DNA of 64,000 nt from Fimbriosthenelais zetlandica (Eukaryota), in NCBI GenBank assembly GCA_977030845.1, contig OZ365109.1, forward strand, positions 61,752,001-61,816,000. The letters are read 5' to 3'. Every line of letters starts with the position of its first letter. Position 1 is the stretch's first letter. Of the stretch, positions 24,801-38,806 are shown in pieces. The translations under genes were made by a program, and so were the position numbers. Below the pieces are notes generated by a model. The model saw only the letters and a program-made list of their open reading frames with translations. It did not search any database and was not told the origin of the DNA.

Positions 24801-27800
24801 GTCTTTTTTGCATGACTTTACTTATATACTCTGAGATCAGTAAACTTGGTGATATGGAAGTGTTGTCAATGCATGATGTGAGGCACGCGGGTGTTTTGTG
24901 CAGATTGTGGAGTACGCATTTTAATATCAAGTAATGAAACCTTTAAATTCTGAGGGAATTTTTCTCCATTATGGAACGCAAAGGTTTACATTCCCATTCA
25001 CCCGTGACGAAATTTTTATTTCCCCCTGAGATGGTGCTAATGGTACTATATTGTTCACTTGACCTGTATATTTCATATTTTTAAATATTACCTAGTCATT
25101 GCTGATAAAACGTTCAGAGAGAATATGTTGCTTGCTTACCTAGTCTATAGATTTATCAGTTTCATAATGCGCATGTATCGTATAGCTTTAGATCGTCCCT
25201 TCTTCTCTTCTCAGTATAGCCTGTAAACAAGCCTCGTCCTCCCAGCGAGTAGCGAGCCTCACCGGGACAGATACTCCGTCTATTCTCAGTATGGCTTTGG
25301 ATCTAGTCCATTCCTCTCTCAGTAGGGGGTAGCACTGTCCATGTATAGCTCAGGCTGCTTCCGCAATCAATTTTCCTGCATTCTCTGTCTGACCTATCTC
25401 TGCTACCTAGCAACAATGTACATACTGTACCCAAATATTAATCCGTCGTAAATTGGTTTCTTGTGAGAAGTTCTTATTCATAATGAAGAATTTGCATTTA
25501 AATGGCTTTCTGAATAACAATTGTTTAAACAGGGGTAAGCCCCTGGACATAAATACCTGAATTTGACATAAATACATGAATAGTTGTTTAGCTGTGTTTA
25601 ACTTCATAAAAATGAAGTGTATATATTCTGCAGAGTACACATATGAAACAAAAGTTAAAATAAGTAAAACGCGGTGTGTAATAAGCTGACTTTGGTTTTA
25701 CAGCTGTGGTGGCCGGCTGCTCAGTCGCAGGTCTCATCGGTCTTGTTGTTGCGGGCGTCTGCTGGTACAAGTAAGTTAATTTCACCTCAAATTTACTTAT
25801 AGCTTTAAGTTACTTTCAATTTCAAGTTACTTGCTGACATTATATTTGGTTTCCTCTCAAAACCTGTTATCACAAATTGTGGCCTTCCTATTCTTGGTTG
25901 TTGTAGCCTACTCATTTTGGTTCATGAGTAGTGCATGGAATGAGGTATTGGGCCAGGGTAAAAAATGTGTAGTACATGATTGTATACGTAAAGTAGAGTT
26001 ATCTAATGCCTGATATATAGTTATCTAATACTTATATCCGATCCTGCAGATTGGATGCATTCTATTTATTAGTTTGCAATTTCAGCTGAATCTGTTCACT
26101 TCTTTCCCCCACCTGGTGGCAACAGACGATCCCTATTGACTATTCCATTAGTTTCTTGTTTCTCACACTGGGGCTCCAGCTTCTAAGTCACTGTCCATTC
26201 TCATCCACTCTCACATTTTCCCATGATCATGCTGTGACAGTCCAACCACTCTAAGGCTATAGAACTTTGCTTGACTGACTGGTTTAATGATTAATTAGTA
26301 GGCCTACACTGATTTGGTGGTTTACATTGATTATTGCTTGAAATTGCGCTGAATTAATTGTGCAGTCTGCGAAACTAGGTTGGGATTGTCACTTGCCCGT
26401 CGGGCAAGTTGTTCAGTTAAAAATGGTTGCCCCTCCGAAAATATACTTGCCCGAATCTGTCACAAAAAAGTAGCTTTCGGTAGTGTATTTCAGAGTAGAC
26501 ATAAAAATTACATTACATTAAAACTGTAATTGAAATCAATTTATTATTCTTTTGAATAGGATTATTTCAGTGTTGCCAACCTGGAGGAGTCAATTTTCCG
26601 TGAGGTTTATAAATAGCACCATAGGCGCGACATCTTCGTGCCAAAGGCACTTGCAAAGCCAAAGGATTGAAGCTTTGCTAGGCATGCCCCCCGGAAAATC
26701 TTGAGATTTTAAGTGTAATTTAGTTATATCTAGGACATTTTGGCGCACAAAATAAATGAATCAGTCATATTTTAAGCTAGAAGATCGTGGATAGGCCTTA
26801 TTTTGAAAATAATCGATATTGTTAAATTATCATAAGGGTTTCCGCCAGGAAATTGTTGATTGGGGCGGGGGATAATTTTGGGGTCCTATCCCTATAGGCC
26901 TATAGTGAAAATAATTTTTTGTCCTGGCATAATATTATAAATACAAGTTTACTTTTAACGTTAATAAACTATCCAGTTTCAGAAAAAAAAATCTAAATTA
27001 ATTTCAAGGTTTCTAATTCATAATTGCCTGTGAGGAAACATTTGTCTGAGCGCCAAAAGCACTCGATTGCAAGGGCCGGAGGCGCGAATCATTCCTAGGC
27101 AGGGCTGTATGCAGGATTTTTAAGCGGGGTTACAGCATGGGCAAATATGTATTATAGTCTGAAGAAACAAAGCAGCGCTAGGTGTTAAAGTTTTCAAAGT
27201 TTTCAGAGAGTCTGGGAAAACAAAGAACTATTTTTGATAGCATTGCGCGGCTTCAAATGGGATAAACTAGATTAGCTAGTGGAAATAACAGAAACATGTT
27301 ATGTAGGGGCCAGAAAATTGAAAGTGACAAAGGGGAAATGACTGCAAATTAAAAGAAGTCAAAGAATGAACACAATGACAGGTAATAACACAGTGAAGCC
27401 TAAAAGACACCATGTAATATTTAGACTAAAATAGACTTCTTGACAAACAAGTCCAGTTCCAGTTATAACCTTTTGGATCAGCAGGGGGGTTACAGAACCT
27501 CTGTAACCCCCCTAAATACAGCCCTGCTAGGGGGTTCCAGGGGCATGCCCCCCCCCCCGGAAAATTTTGGAATTTTAGACATAAACTTTAAAGTGCATTG
27601 ACAAGGAAAAAGTTCAGTTTTAAAACAGTTTTTCCTCTCCTCGCCATGAGGAGAGGGAAAACCCCTTAAGTTCAATGACAGCCCCTCTGTTTCACTGGAG
27701 CCCGACGCACTTGCCCGTCGGGCTTGCTATGGACTAGAGTTTTGGTTGCCCGAACAGGGAATTTGGTTGCCCCGGGCTTCGGGCTACCGGTTAATGTCGC

Positions 27801-30800
27801 AGACTGAATTTGTGACCATAATTCATTGGATAAAATCAGATGACCAAATATTTTATAGATTTTATTGAAGTTTTCGTTTAAATATGGTTACTTTGATTGA
27901 GTTCATTTTTTTCTAAGTTTGATGAGGGGCTTATAAGTGTTAGGATTTGTATGCCAACTTTGTCCAGCAGCATCTGTCAGTGATCGCCTCTATCACTTGT
28001 GAAGATGGAGATGGTGTTGATGTGAGAGTCGTGTTGGTCGATACCGCCTGTTAAAGGACGGTCCACTATTACTGGGAAGTACACCATTACTTGCCAGTCC
28101 CACCTGTCTCCAGACCTCTCAATCACAAAGAACCAAGCTCTCTTTTGATGAAATGAAAAGGAAAAAAAACATCTCGGTGGTCTGAAGGATCATATATATT
28201 TAATAGGGACTTCATGCGAGCTCTGTCTATGTCATTCATAGACCAATTTCATTCCTGATTTGATTATTTTCTGCAAAATACATTCCTCGCTTCATTCCTA
28301 GCTGAATAAGCTCGATAATACGACTTTGTCTTCAATGACTAAGGTAGGGACTCTAGTAACGCGTGCAATCCACCGCTCAAATTCTCACCCAGCTGGGCAT
28401 GTGAAAATTGGCTCGCGACTTGACAGTACTGATTTGGTAGTGTTCACGTTTTGAGGCATTGCTCAGTCCCAACATATCTGATCAACTTCTATTTTACCGC
28501 ATTTGAAAGAACACGAATAGACGTACATGATGGTCGTTTTTTCATAATAATACGACAGGTCCTTCCTATGTCTATTGTCCAAGAGAAAACGGGGTAACTT
28601 ACAATCGCAAATATCTTCAAGAATTCTATTCGGGCCGCTCAATTTGATGATCTAGGCGGCTTTTTCAGACATTTTTACCCCATAATCAGAAACTTTTATT
28701 GCTATTAGGACCGGCGCAGTCCGTTAAATATGGAACGCAAGATTCTACATTGACGTTTCCCGACCTGTAAAGCTAATACACTAAACTGCCATAGGCAAGC
28801 CGAGCTTCTGCTCCGAGCCGAGAATTAATCGCCGAAATCTCTGTAAATATAAGCGGGCCGTTCGTTTTGATGGTTTAGACACCTTTTTCGACATTTCTAC
28901 TCCATGTCTATGTCGGTTTTGATTGTATTAGGACCGGCGCAGTCTGTGTAATATCCAAATAGATTCTTTATGTATTTTTCGACCACCGGCCCAGCTTACT
29001 ACAGTTAGGCCAAACAAAAAAGTACTGTTTCAGGTCACATAACATTTTTAAGACCAACGTAGATTTCAATTTTTCAGAGGAGAGTCAGGACTTTAGATTT
29101 TTTATTTTTGGCTAAAACCCGTAAAGAATGGCGATGACGTCGACGATTCTATGGGCGATTTTATGATGGTCAGTCGTTGAACCAGAAACAAACAATACAA
29201 CTTTCTGGCCTTACTCAGAAAGTGAATGACCGCTGCACTGTGAGACCACCACAAGGCCAAACAATTTTAGTCCGAGAACAGCGTTAATTTAAGTTTAAAT
29301 TCTGAAGCAATTACCGGGTCGATCTCGATGAAACAAAAACCTATACGTAGCTTAAGATATGTAGAATATGGAGCTTTAAGATGAAAGAGTAAAAGCCGTT
29401 ATTAGATTTCTGATTCAACAGCAGTCCTTTAGCATTGATTCTCTAGAACAACTGACTTTTAACCTACATATTACGAGGGGACGCCAAGGTCGAAGGTCAA
29501 ATAGTCTTGCATAATCATTTAGCACCAGATAATTTGAATATATGTTGAAGATTTGACAAAAATTGGTTGGAAAGTAAAGTTTGTGTGACAGAATAAAAAA
29601 CAGACGTTCATTACACAGTGACGTGCCAATTTCTTCTCCGCTGGCCTATAGTAAAAAAGTGAGAAATCTTGTCCATTTTTTGGCCGTTCAATCCCCGATA
29701 ACTTCTGAACGGATAAAGATATTCACTCCATTTAAAAAGTTTTGTCTAATTCCGCCCCACATCCAGCCCTTGGTCATATTTAAAAAATAAAAGAACGATT
29801 TTAAAATTTGTATTAGAGTCCCTACCTTAGTCTAAGGGAACATAATATTTTATAATTGCCTTACTTATGGAGTTATTCCACTTATTACTTCTATTCTCCA
29901 GGCTTTTCGGTTATATCTCGGCCTCCCACCATCCTTTCATGAGGCCTACTCTTACTTTTATGGAGAGTATAGCTCACAACATGCGTGTACGTCGTGGTAT
30001 CATGTGCAGGATAGAACTGCTCCCATGCATGCATGCCAGGGGCGGGCAGAGTTGGAGGGAGATTAGTGGAAGATGGGACTAATACGCAGAAAACTATTTA
30101 GGGAGACAGGGGCAGAGAGATAGAGGGATACCGTGTGCATGAATGAATGTGTGTAAGGGGGAGGTGTCTGTGGAACCCCCACCACGCCCAAATCCAACCG
30201 ATCAATTTGAGAAACCAGCTGATCTTGGACTCTCCCAGTCTCCTGGGGGAGGAGATCAGATGCTAACAAGTCAGGGTACATGGACGCAGTCAGTCAGTCC
30301 CCACTCTCCGGGAAGCCAGGACCATGTTTCGTAACTGAACAATCTTCTCAGAACTCTAACTGAGAATCTTAACCATTGACGGTGGTATCTTCTGATTATC
30401 TGATATAGCAGTACAGCCTCTAGAAAAAAGGAGAATTTAATACGGTTGCTGATGTATTTGTCACGTCGTTGAAATTATCACTTGTGACCATTGAGTTTAT
30501 ATAGGATTTTCTCACCCCGTGTGAGAATCCAAGATCAAGGGGCATCAGGATTAGAGGCTAATTTTTAAAGGATTACATTGGAAAGTTTGTTGCAAAATTC
30601 CCAAACGAAAAGCCTGTGTAATGGAGTCAATCATTGGAAATCTTTGGGGTATGAAGAATAATCTGACAGAAATTCGTGACAGATTGTAAGTATGATTTAG
30701 TTAAAGAATAATTATTTATTTGAGATAAACATTTATTTTGACATCGTTCCTGGCTGTTATATCCTTGCCAGCTCATGTTAACTTAGGAAATGATTTGGGA

Positions 30801-33800
30801 GGGTTAGGTTGAGTTGATTTATCACTACCTGTCCTGGCAATAAATTGGACATGTGTTCAACTGCCTTATCTACAGCCAACATTCTGTCATTTCCTCTGCT
30901 GGATCCTTAATACTGCCCAGTTTACATGGACTTTAATATATCGGGAATACGAGGGCTGACGCTTTTGATCCATAGTCTTGGGTAATTTGGAGTAATTATT
31001 GATTTTCTTATATATATCGGGGTAAGCAATTGGAATGTTGAAATTGAATGTGAAATACTCCCCTTAATGTACCAGGACCCTGTTTCAAAAGGATTATTAG
31101 CCATAAACTTAGCACTGTTAATATTCCTTTTGAAACGGGCCCCAGGCTTTTTATGTTTAGTTGACTTTGAGCATGAATGTCGGGCACTAAAGTCTGTTCA
31201 CTCTAAGTTGATCCGAAACCACCATACATTTGTTCTGTGGTTTCGGATCAACTTAGAGTCAGGCTGGTTCTGTGGCACACTGATGGATGATTACTTGTTT
31301 GACTGATTAATTAAAGGATAAGAATGCTGGATTGGGAATGGGTGGGTGGTTTTCTGGTGATTGACTGTTGGATTACTATAGCCTATATTATATATTTCCT
31401 TCTTTCCTTCCTTCCCTCCATCTCTCCCTCATTATCCCTCCCCCTCTTATTCTTTCCCCGTCCCTCTCCCTCTCCCTCTCACTCTCTTTGAGATTGGTCT
31501 GTAAACTTGGTCGACCTCTGCTCGTGACGAACCTCAAACCATAAACAATCCGTTTAATGAATGCCTCTCTGGATAAGCCTAGAAATCCAGATCAGTGTTA
31601 AAATAGAGATAAAAAGCTGAAAAGTTATCCAGGGATGATTCCAGCATCGATTCCCGTTTGAAGTGGGACAAATGTTCCAGAAAGTCTGGATTCAGCATAC
31701 GTTTGTATTTGCATACCCTTCTGTCATGGCATTACTTTTATCGTGACAGTAAATGAAAATTCTGTTTCTATATGGAAACTTTCATTTGAATAAAAAGGAA
31801 AGTCACTTAGCTTGGATATTATTTGAACTGTAATTTAAGCCTAAAATGTGAAATTACCGGTATAATGTACCACGGAACGATGTTTTTGTATCTTATGAAC
31901 AGTTATTTTTGATCCAGTCATCATGTTAGATTTTAAGGACCTAGGTATGAGTGGTAGATGATAGGGAGAGATGAGTTTCTTGCGTGTCTTGACCTTCTCT
32001 TCTCGAGCACTACTTCGCTCATTATATTTAAATTCTAAACTCTTATATGAATCAGAGGTGGATATTGAATGACTTCTAGCAATTTGCTGGACACTATTAA
32101 TGTAATAAGATATCTGACTTTAATAAGATCCAATACAAATTTAGGACTTTCATGTTCCCTCACAAGCCTTTGTACAAATCTTACGATTTCTTCCACAACT
32201 TTTCCCGAGTGGAGAGTCATTCTTAACAAAGTCCTCTATTATTCAAGCCCCAGACTCCTTACATTATTAGTTTATGAGCAAAACCTGCCATTACAGGGCT
32301 AAGTGGTCGTCTAATGCAAGTACATAGTTTAATCATGTTTTTGACCATCTCACAACCAAGGTGGTTATTTGGGCCTTGCGTCTTTGGGCTGCCATCTAGG
32401 GTCTTATTTACATTCACTCTATGTCATCTCTGGTCGGTTATGTAGGCGGAGTGAGGGCTGGTTATGATTGAGTGTGATTAGTGGGTACTAGAGGAGGGGA
32501 GTTTGCGTGTCAGACCTCTGACAGGCGATGTGTGGAGGAATGGGTGGTGTATATGGGAGGTGAGTGATGAATGATTGTGGTTATTGTAGTCAGGACTGCC
32601 TCTGCTTCTACTTGACTAAGATGATCATTTTGACAACCATTGGTTTAAGGTTGGAAATTATGGTATTATATATACCGGTAATACAAATTTTAAGTCTTAA
32701 TGAATTCAAATTTCATATTTGTGTGACTGGGCAAGCCTGTCCAGGATTTCAGCGAAGGTTAACCCTATCTGTTTTAACAGGCAACATTATTAATTTATGT
32801 AAGATGATTGATGGTCCATTTTATTTTATTTTTATTTAGGAATAATCATCTTTATAGTGTATCACTTCTTTTCTCTGAAAATCATTACAGAACTTGGGTC
32901 TTACGAATTGTTGTGATTTGCTAACCGACAAACAAAATGCCAAATGGTTCCACAACTCGGCATTATCTCACGTCCTAGCAACACCAAAGGCCAAGCCTCT
33001 ATTTTTTTCTTTTGTTCCCAATGCGCAAATAAAACTCCACCTATTTTAGACATGACCTTGACTACATGTTCCCATCTTAGAATGTGTGTGACGCATAACG
33101 GTATCAAATGAGTGAATATTGATGGGAGGCTTAAGGCTTCCCCAATGTCTTCACTAGATGGTGTTTTTAAATAGACAGATAGGTGTTATCATTGACCTTT
33201 TTCACACATCTGCTCTCATGCTTCAATATCCACTAATTAAATCTTTTAAGTTTTTGTAACCCTTAAATTTCTCTTTGTGGAAGGATAAATGGAATGAATA
33301 GCCTAGGCCTTGCTGCTTTGGCCTGGGGTTTTGACTTGACCTGATTAATGATATAATCTGCACAAATATAAAAAGTTGTTATGGATGCGTTGGCCATATT
33401 ATAATATTTGAAAGTCGATTCCTTCATTTCACGGTTGGCATGCATTTGTTACTCTTTATAATCCAATAGAAAGGGACAGCTATTTATGGGACAGCTATGT
33501 TACAAATATGCGCATTAAATTTGCCCTTAGAATATATTTATAATTTATTGCCTGGATTTATTATTGTACAGCTGGTACTATGTTCACATAAAATTGATGC
33601 TATTTAACCTCTTTTGCTTCACATCCTATGTTATGAATAGGCCTACATTATTATAATAATTTATTGTTCTATTCATTTGGCACCTATTCTTCCGTATAGG
33701 CGTCTGGTCTAATGCCATGTATCCCAGGCATAAGGTGTCTCCATATTCTATATTTATCTCATTAGTATAGAGCAAATTCCTCCTCAAGGGACACTGCCCT

Positions 33801-35535
33801 GTTCCTAAATGCAATATCTCGAGTACTAATTTTGAACCCGAACCATTTTAAGCGTAGTATAAAACGGAATATATTATACGGTGCACTGGTATAAATTTAC
33901 ATACCTATATACATATATACATATATACGTGTATACATGTAGTATTATAAACACATGGGCATTCCATCTATATGGCTTTAACTGATACATTCTTGTGCCC
34001 TGGCTTGATACCAGACTGTAGCTACAGAACCATAGGATTTTGTTTATGGCTGCCTGTTTTAAGGATGCATCTATGGAGGAAGCAGGAAGGTATTACGGTA
34101 GATTCTGACAGTACCTCACTCCTTTCATGTACACCTCATTGTTGCATATCGATGGGTTATGTAAGCTCTATTTATAAACCCGATATGTAGTATGTTGGTC
34201 GAATGTGGTAATATTCCTGAATATAACACACTGAAGGAAGAGCACTTATCACCATGGGCATGGAATTTATCATACATTTGGTCTGTACCCTGGATTGAAA
34301 CTGATTGATTCACCGGATTATGATTACTTAGTCCAACTTTGGAAACGTTCAAAGGTTGATGTGGGTCTGCTTGGTATTAAATAATATCTGTGGGTAGCTG
34401 ATATAATCTAAATTCCTGTTATATGTTGTGTTTAGTCGAAAAGCTACGCGTGATCCATTCTTACTTCATTTCTTGCCAACTTTGACGTCTCTGAGATTTC
34501 ATAAACTCGGTGTTACACGATTTGTACCATTAACAAAACATGGAGAGATATATCAAGTTTGTACATTCCTGTTTATCAATAGGTGCGATCTATCTTTACA
34601 GAAAAAATCTTGGTATTTAATTTGTGCTGCAATCTAATGTTTTCTATTTTCTTCTATTTCAGATTACAGAAAAATGTAAAAGCAGCGAGTGAAGCTGAGT
34701 ACCCAGCCTATGGTATAACTGGTCCCACTAAGGAAAGGGTTCAGTCTCCCGGGGACCGCAAACTGGCCCAGAGCGCACAGATGTACCACTACCAGCACCA
34801 AAAACAACAGATGATTGCAATGGAGAAGTAAGACACACTGTCTTTATATTTATATTTTTGTATCCTTAGATTGGATTTATATTTAATAACATTAAAATTC
34901 GATCGCCCTTTCTCATCCATAATGTCCTATTCGTTTTCATAAAAAATCAATATTCTCGCCCTCATAAAATAAACGTTCATAATATTAAGAATAATTATGT
35001 TAATATTTTTATGAATGAAGTAATTGGTTTCATCATTAACACATTTATTTGATTTTTCAGAGCTAATAATGAAATGAAACATGATGGTTCTGACGAAGAT
35101 TCGGAAGAAGAAAATGAGGAGGGAGATTACACGGTATACGAATGCCCTGGACTCGCCCCTGTAAGTTTGACTTAATATTGAAGGATTTCAGTTTTTCTCT
35201 ATCCGTGCGGTGACTTTCTAAGATTATATTAAATTGTAAAAAAAAAAAAATTAAAAAAATAGTACATATAGTATTTAGTGCAGGTGATCAGATTTTAATT
35301 CTATAGAGTTTTGTTGGTATCTGAAGAAAGTAACTGCCTTGCCTTTACTGTGTCGAAATTCAAACAAAACCTCAAATTGTACTCTTCCATTGTTTGTATT
35401 AATCAGAAGTAGATTACACATAACATTATTCTGGATTATGTTTTATAACAGACGGGAGAAATGGAAGTGAAGAACCCTCTGTTTTCCGAGGACACCCCGG
35501 TCACACCGACTGTCCCAAGTAGCGACCATAAGTGA
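9881..35535 (+). CDS. NPDC1: Neural proliferation differentiation and control protein 1-like (NPDC1/cab-1 family), type I membrane protein
   Basis: Exons 9881-9956 (signal peptide; alternative 18481-18622), 22172-22318, 23472-23885 (and/or 24246-24401), 25704-25770 (TM AVVAGCSVAGLIGLVVAGVCWY), 34663-34827 (EYPAYGITGP..GDRKLAQSAQMYHYQHQKQQMIAMEK), 35061-35160 (EENEEGDYTVYECPGLAP), 35452-35535 (TGEMEVKNPLF..TGA). The C-terminal motifs are diagnostic for NPDC1; first-exon assignment is less certain. Confidence 0.9.
18481..18622 (+). CDS. Candidate alternative first coding exon of NPDC1-like gene (second signal peptide)
   Basis: ATG at 18481 gives MTSVTMVTHGMLIGVLVVTLVMLQGVHPYTLLHKEHNKRQNENAIGN-G, with phase-1 donor G|GTAATG at 18622 and an upstream acceptor TTCATAG at 18450. 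Phase matches exon 22172. Confidence 0.65.
24246..24401 (+). CDS. Candidate alternative/cassette juxtamembrane exon of NPDC1-like gene
   Basis: Acceptor CTCAACAG|, 156 nt (52 codons), phase 1-1, open frame DLRRDVIEK..PDGVTPVSGSLSNILFI, donor G|GTATAT. Confidence 0.65.
26363..27806. mobile_element. Non-autonomous hAT-like DNA transposon
   Basis: TIRs CAGTCTGCGAAACTA / TAATGTCGCAGACTG (13/15). Flanks TAATTGTG and AATTTGTG give a 6/8 match to an 8-bp TSD. Subterminal TTGCCC(G) repeats at both ends. Confidence 0.75.
27100..27526. mobile_element. MITE nested inside the hAT-like element, apparent 5-bp TSD
   Basis: Perfect 11-bp TIR CAGGGCTGTAT / ATACAGCCCTG, flanked on both sides by CTAGG; 13-bp subterminal hairpin at 27483-27513. 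Confidence 0.75.
28342..29827. mobile_element. Non-autonomous TIR element (~1.49 kb), superfamily uncertain (TA-TSD Tc1/mariner-like or Kolobok-like)
   Basis: Perfect 14-bp TIR AGGTAGGGACTCTA / TAGAGTCCCTACCT with TA on each side. Internal direct repeat TATTAGGACCGGCGCAGTC at ~28702 and ~28927. No transposase ORF. Confidence 0.7.
31390..31490 (+). repeat. Polypyrimidine (CT-rich) low-complexity tract
   Basis: About 100 bp almost exclusively C/T. Confidence 0.6.
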
Positions 35536-38500
35536 AGAGCCTCCAGGATGGGGGAAGTCTGCCTCTCTCCTTCAGAAGGCATCGCACTGACTATCACACG
35601 TAGATGTCCAAAAACTCTCCCTGTATTCTCCCTTCTGTTGCCATGGTATCACGTCCCCATCACCGACAAAAAAAGTTCCCCACGTGCACACATCTTTCTC
35701 CCCTTGATCTTTATCCCCCAATCTCAGTTATGTTGTTATTTTTGGGGAGATGTTGTCAGCCATAAATGTACTACATTAAAGAATTTACACACATATTATA
35801 TATTTATTGGTAACTTTCTTTATATCCAAAGCAAGAGTATTTTTGCAATGAGGTGAAATGTCAAATAATATAAGAGGGGTTAAAGCCTTTGAGGCTGGTA
35901 ACTTTTATGATTATGGTTACGGTATGAGGGAAGAAGGCAGGATATTGCTTTTTAGGGCCTGCGCTGCGCAAAACTTCTCATTTTGTTGTAAATTTGAAGT
36001 AAAAGCGTCACTACTGCTATATAGACCTTTAAGCTTAAACTACATGTTGTGAAAGATTATAAAGGTTTATAGAGACCAGCCAGTGTATTGATGAATATAT
36101 TATAATATAATGAATATTATGATTATTGTAATTAGGTTGTTAATATTAGGGACAAGGTGATACGCAACTTACAACAGTCATTCCTCATATAGGTATATCA
36201 CTATTATCATATATCTACTGAGTGTAATATTACTTGATGACATATAATATCTTATACATATTATAGACATTGATGAGGTGGTACTTACTTACAAATTCTA
36301 AGAGCATCATTAAAGATTAATGTCTTTTAAAAATCAAATGAAGAAGTATCTGACAGATTTGTTAAGTTCTGCTTTTCTCACTTGCACTGCAGAAACCTAT
36401 GTGATATAGAATTTACTTAAATAGATCTTTATTTTTAGGATGATGAAATTTTGCCTATCCCCCATGACCTTGTTAATAGAATGTGCATTAATATTTTTTC
36501 AAGATTAGGATCTTCAGTTTTAACTATTTCTAGTAGAGGTGGAAGGAGTGAAGCTGAACTAATGGTTTTGCTTGTACTGGGGCCTGTTTCAGAGGAACGA
36601 TGTGCTATAACATTGGTCCATTATAGTTATCACAAATGGCTAATATAGCGCATCATTGTCTTGAAACAGATCCCTTGTAAACTGACAAGATATGAGGTAT
36701 TATCGTCCGTTGGGTCTTTGTGACCATCACTAATGGCTGGTACTGTTAGTGTTGTACTTCTCACTCAATTAATTTTTCAGAAACTCAAAACTCAAAACTT
36801 CCAACTCACACACAGAGTCCCAATTTGTTAATCGATGTTGAAATGTTTATCTTACTTATAAGTTTATCTGACTTATAATAACAAAGCTAGTCATGGTTAT
36901 CATTTGTACATTTAAACCGCTTTGCTTACACGTTAAGGGACTTTATTTAGGATGTTGACATTCCAACTTTTCCGATGTCAATGGGTCTGTCTAAATGCAT
37001 TTCCGATATTCTTGTTATCTAAAAATAGAAACGAAATTCCAAAGATCTGTAGCTTTAGTCTTATCTGAGTCTTTGAATGCAGTTTTTAGATAAAAATGAG
37101 TCTTGATATTTGAAAATGGAAACAGACGTACAGTGGATGCAAACAGGATTTTACATTACTTCTTAATGCTTATCCTCTATAAAAATGGCTTGACCATCTG
37201 AGAAAGTCCGTTCTAGTCCTGTTTTATCCAAGCACCAACTTTCTGTTTTCCAACCGCTGTAAAAAAGAAATTTGTACCAAGATCATACGGTAAATCGTTT
37301 TACTTTAAATTTACTATGTCAGATTGGCATATTGGTTTACATAATGATTTTACATGGGGTTTCCGACGTAGGGATGCTGACAGTGTCCGGCCCCACATAG
37401 GGGACATTAGGGCATGAATTTTGCACAAACTCTTTTACCATGCGACCCTATTGTGACATCCTATGTGGATCATTTTGTAGAAGAAATACAGAACATATCA
37501 GTTTTTAGGCCTGCTGAATAAACAGGATAATGCTTCTTTCAAACAATATTAATTCAACTTGGCTAGGTAACTATGGTAATAACACATTCCATACCCATCA
37601 TGAATGGCATTTGTTATCTCGGATATTAGATATTAACCCCTATAATTGTTATGTCCTTTTGTTGTAAATTTGGACTTATTATTCTACCTGTTATTCCTTT
37701 CTGAATTCCCCCCTGTGAAATAATCGGTGGTGTACTCCAGCCTACAAGGACTGATTACAGCAAGGGCAGAAGTGTCGCTGGTGTTATCTGGAGGTGGTAA
37801 AACTGTGATGTGCACGTCAGTTTAATGTGAGAATAAACCTTGATAGAAGCAGACTCCGATATCTACGTCTTACTTGTTTTCTTTCAACAACCTAAAATTA
37901 GATGGTTGACAGTTTCTGATGCAAACGTCCGTCACCAAAATTTACATTCACCTTGTCAAAATTGTACTGACGATGAATTTTTTTTTATTCCACGTGTATT
38001 TGGGATGGCTAAATCAGAAGGGTTACAGGAAATAATCATTTAAGGGTCGAGACTCCCACCAGAACAACGCCTTAATCGATACTTATTGGATAATCATAAG
38101 CTACGTATCTATATAATATTATACTGAATACACTGAAAACCTACTTTGTAGAATGTAGTCAGAATAATTCAAATAAAAAAAAAGATAGATGCATATTAAT
38201 ATATTCGACGACTCAATAGGTATATAACAGTGGATTATCTCTTTACTATTTAATGAAATTAATATAAAATAATATTATATTGAAAATACAAGGAGTTTGG
38301 AAAAAAAATTAATAATTAATTTAATATTTTAATTATATACACATAATTATATAGTCCCAGGTGATCTATGGATATTTATCAAGATGGGTCCATTCACAAG
38401 GCGAGTGAGTGTCTCTTATTTACTCCAGAGTATGTCAGTCTTGTATGGTCAGTTAACACTCTCCGTATATATATTGCTGTGTGATAGTGGATCATAGTGT

Positions 38501-38806
38501 GGATGATGGAGATCGAGCTCGCCATATACTGAGTGGTCAGCTGGCCGAATGGTCACGGGATTCATGATGACACTCTATTCTAAAATCTACCAAAGACTAT
38601 AATTCATGGCTGTATCTTCCTCCATCAGTGTATATCCTATATGCTTAGATATACAACTCCAAGAATCCTCAAATCGCCTCCAATGTCTCAGAATATGACA
38701 TATCGTAGGCCGTCACACATTGAAGTAATGTTTATATACATATCCAGGTGAAAATGGTGGTCAATGCATCCGGCTGAAACCTCCAAATGCATTGATTCCA
38801 ATGAGT

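Noticed and set aside
29867-30334. GC-richer island with signal-peptide-like and Pro/Ser-rich ORFs
   Set aside because: No polypyrimidine acceptor, phase incompatible with flanking NPDC1 exons, and no recognisable domain.
36317-36366. LMSFKNQMKKYL resembling a LINE ORF2 C-terminus
   Set aside because: Too short and AT-rich to support without a database search.
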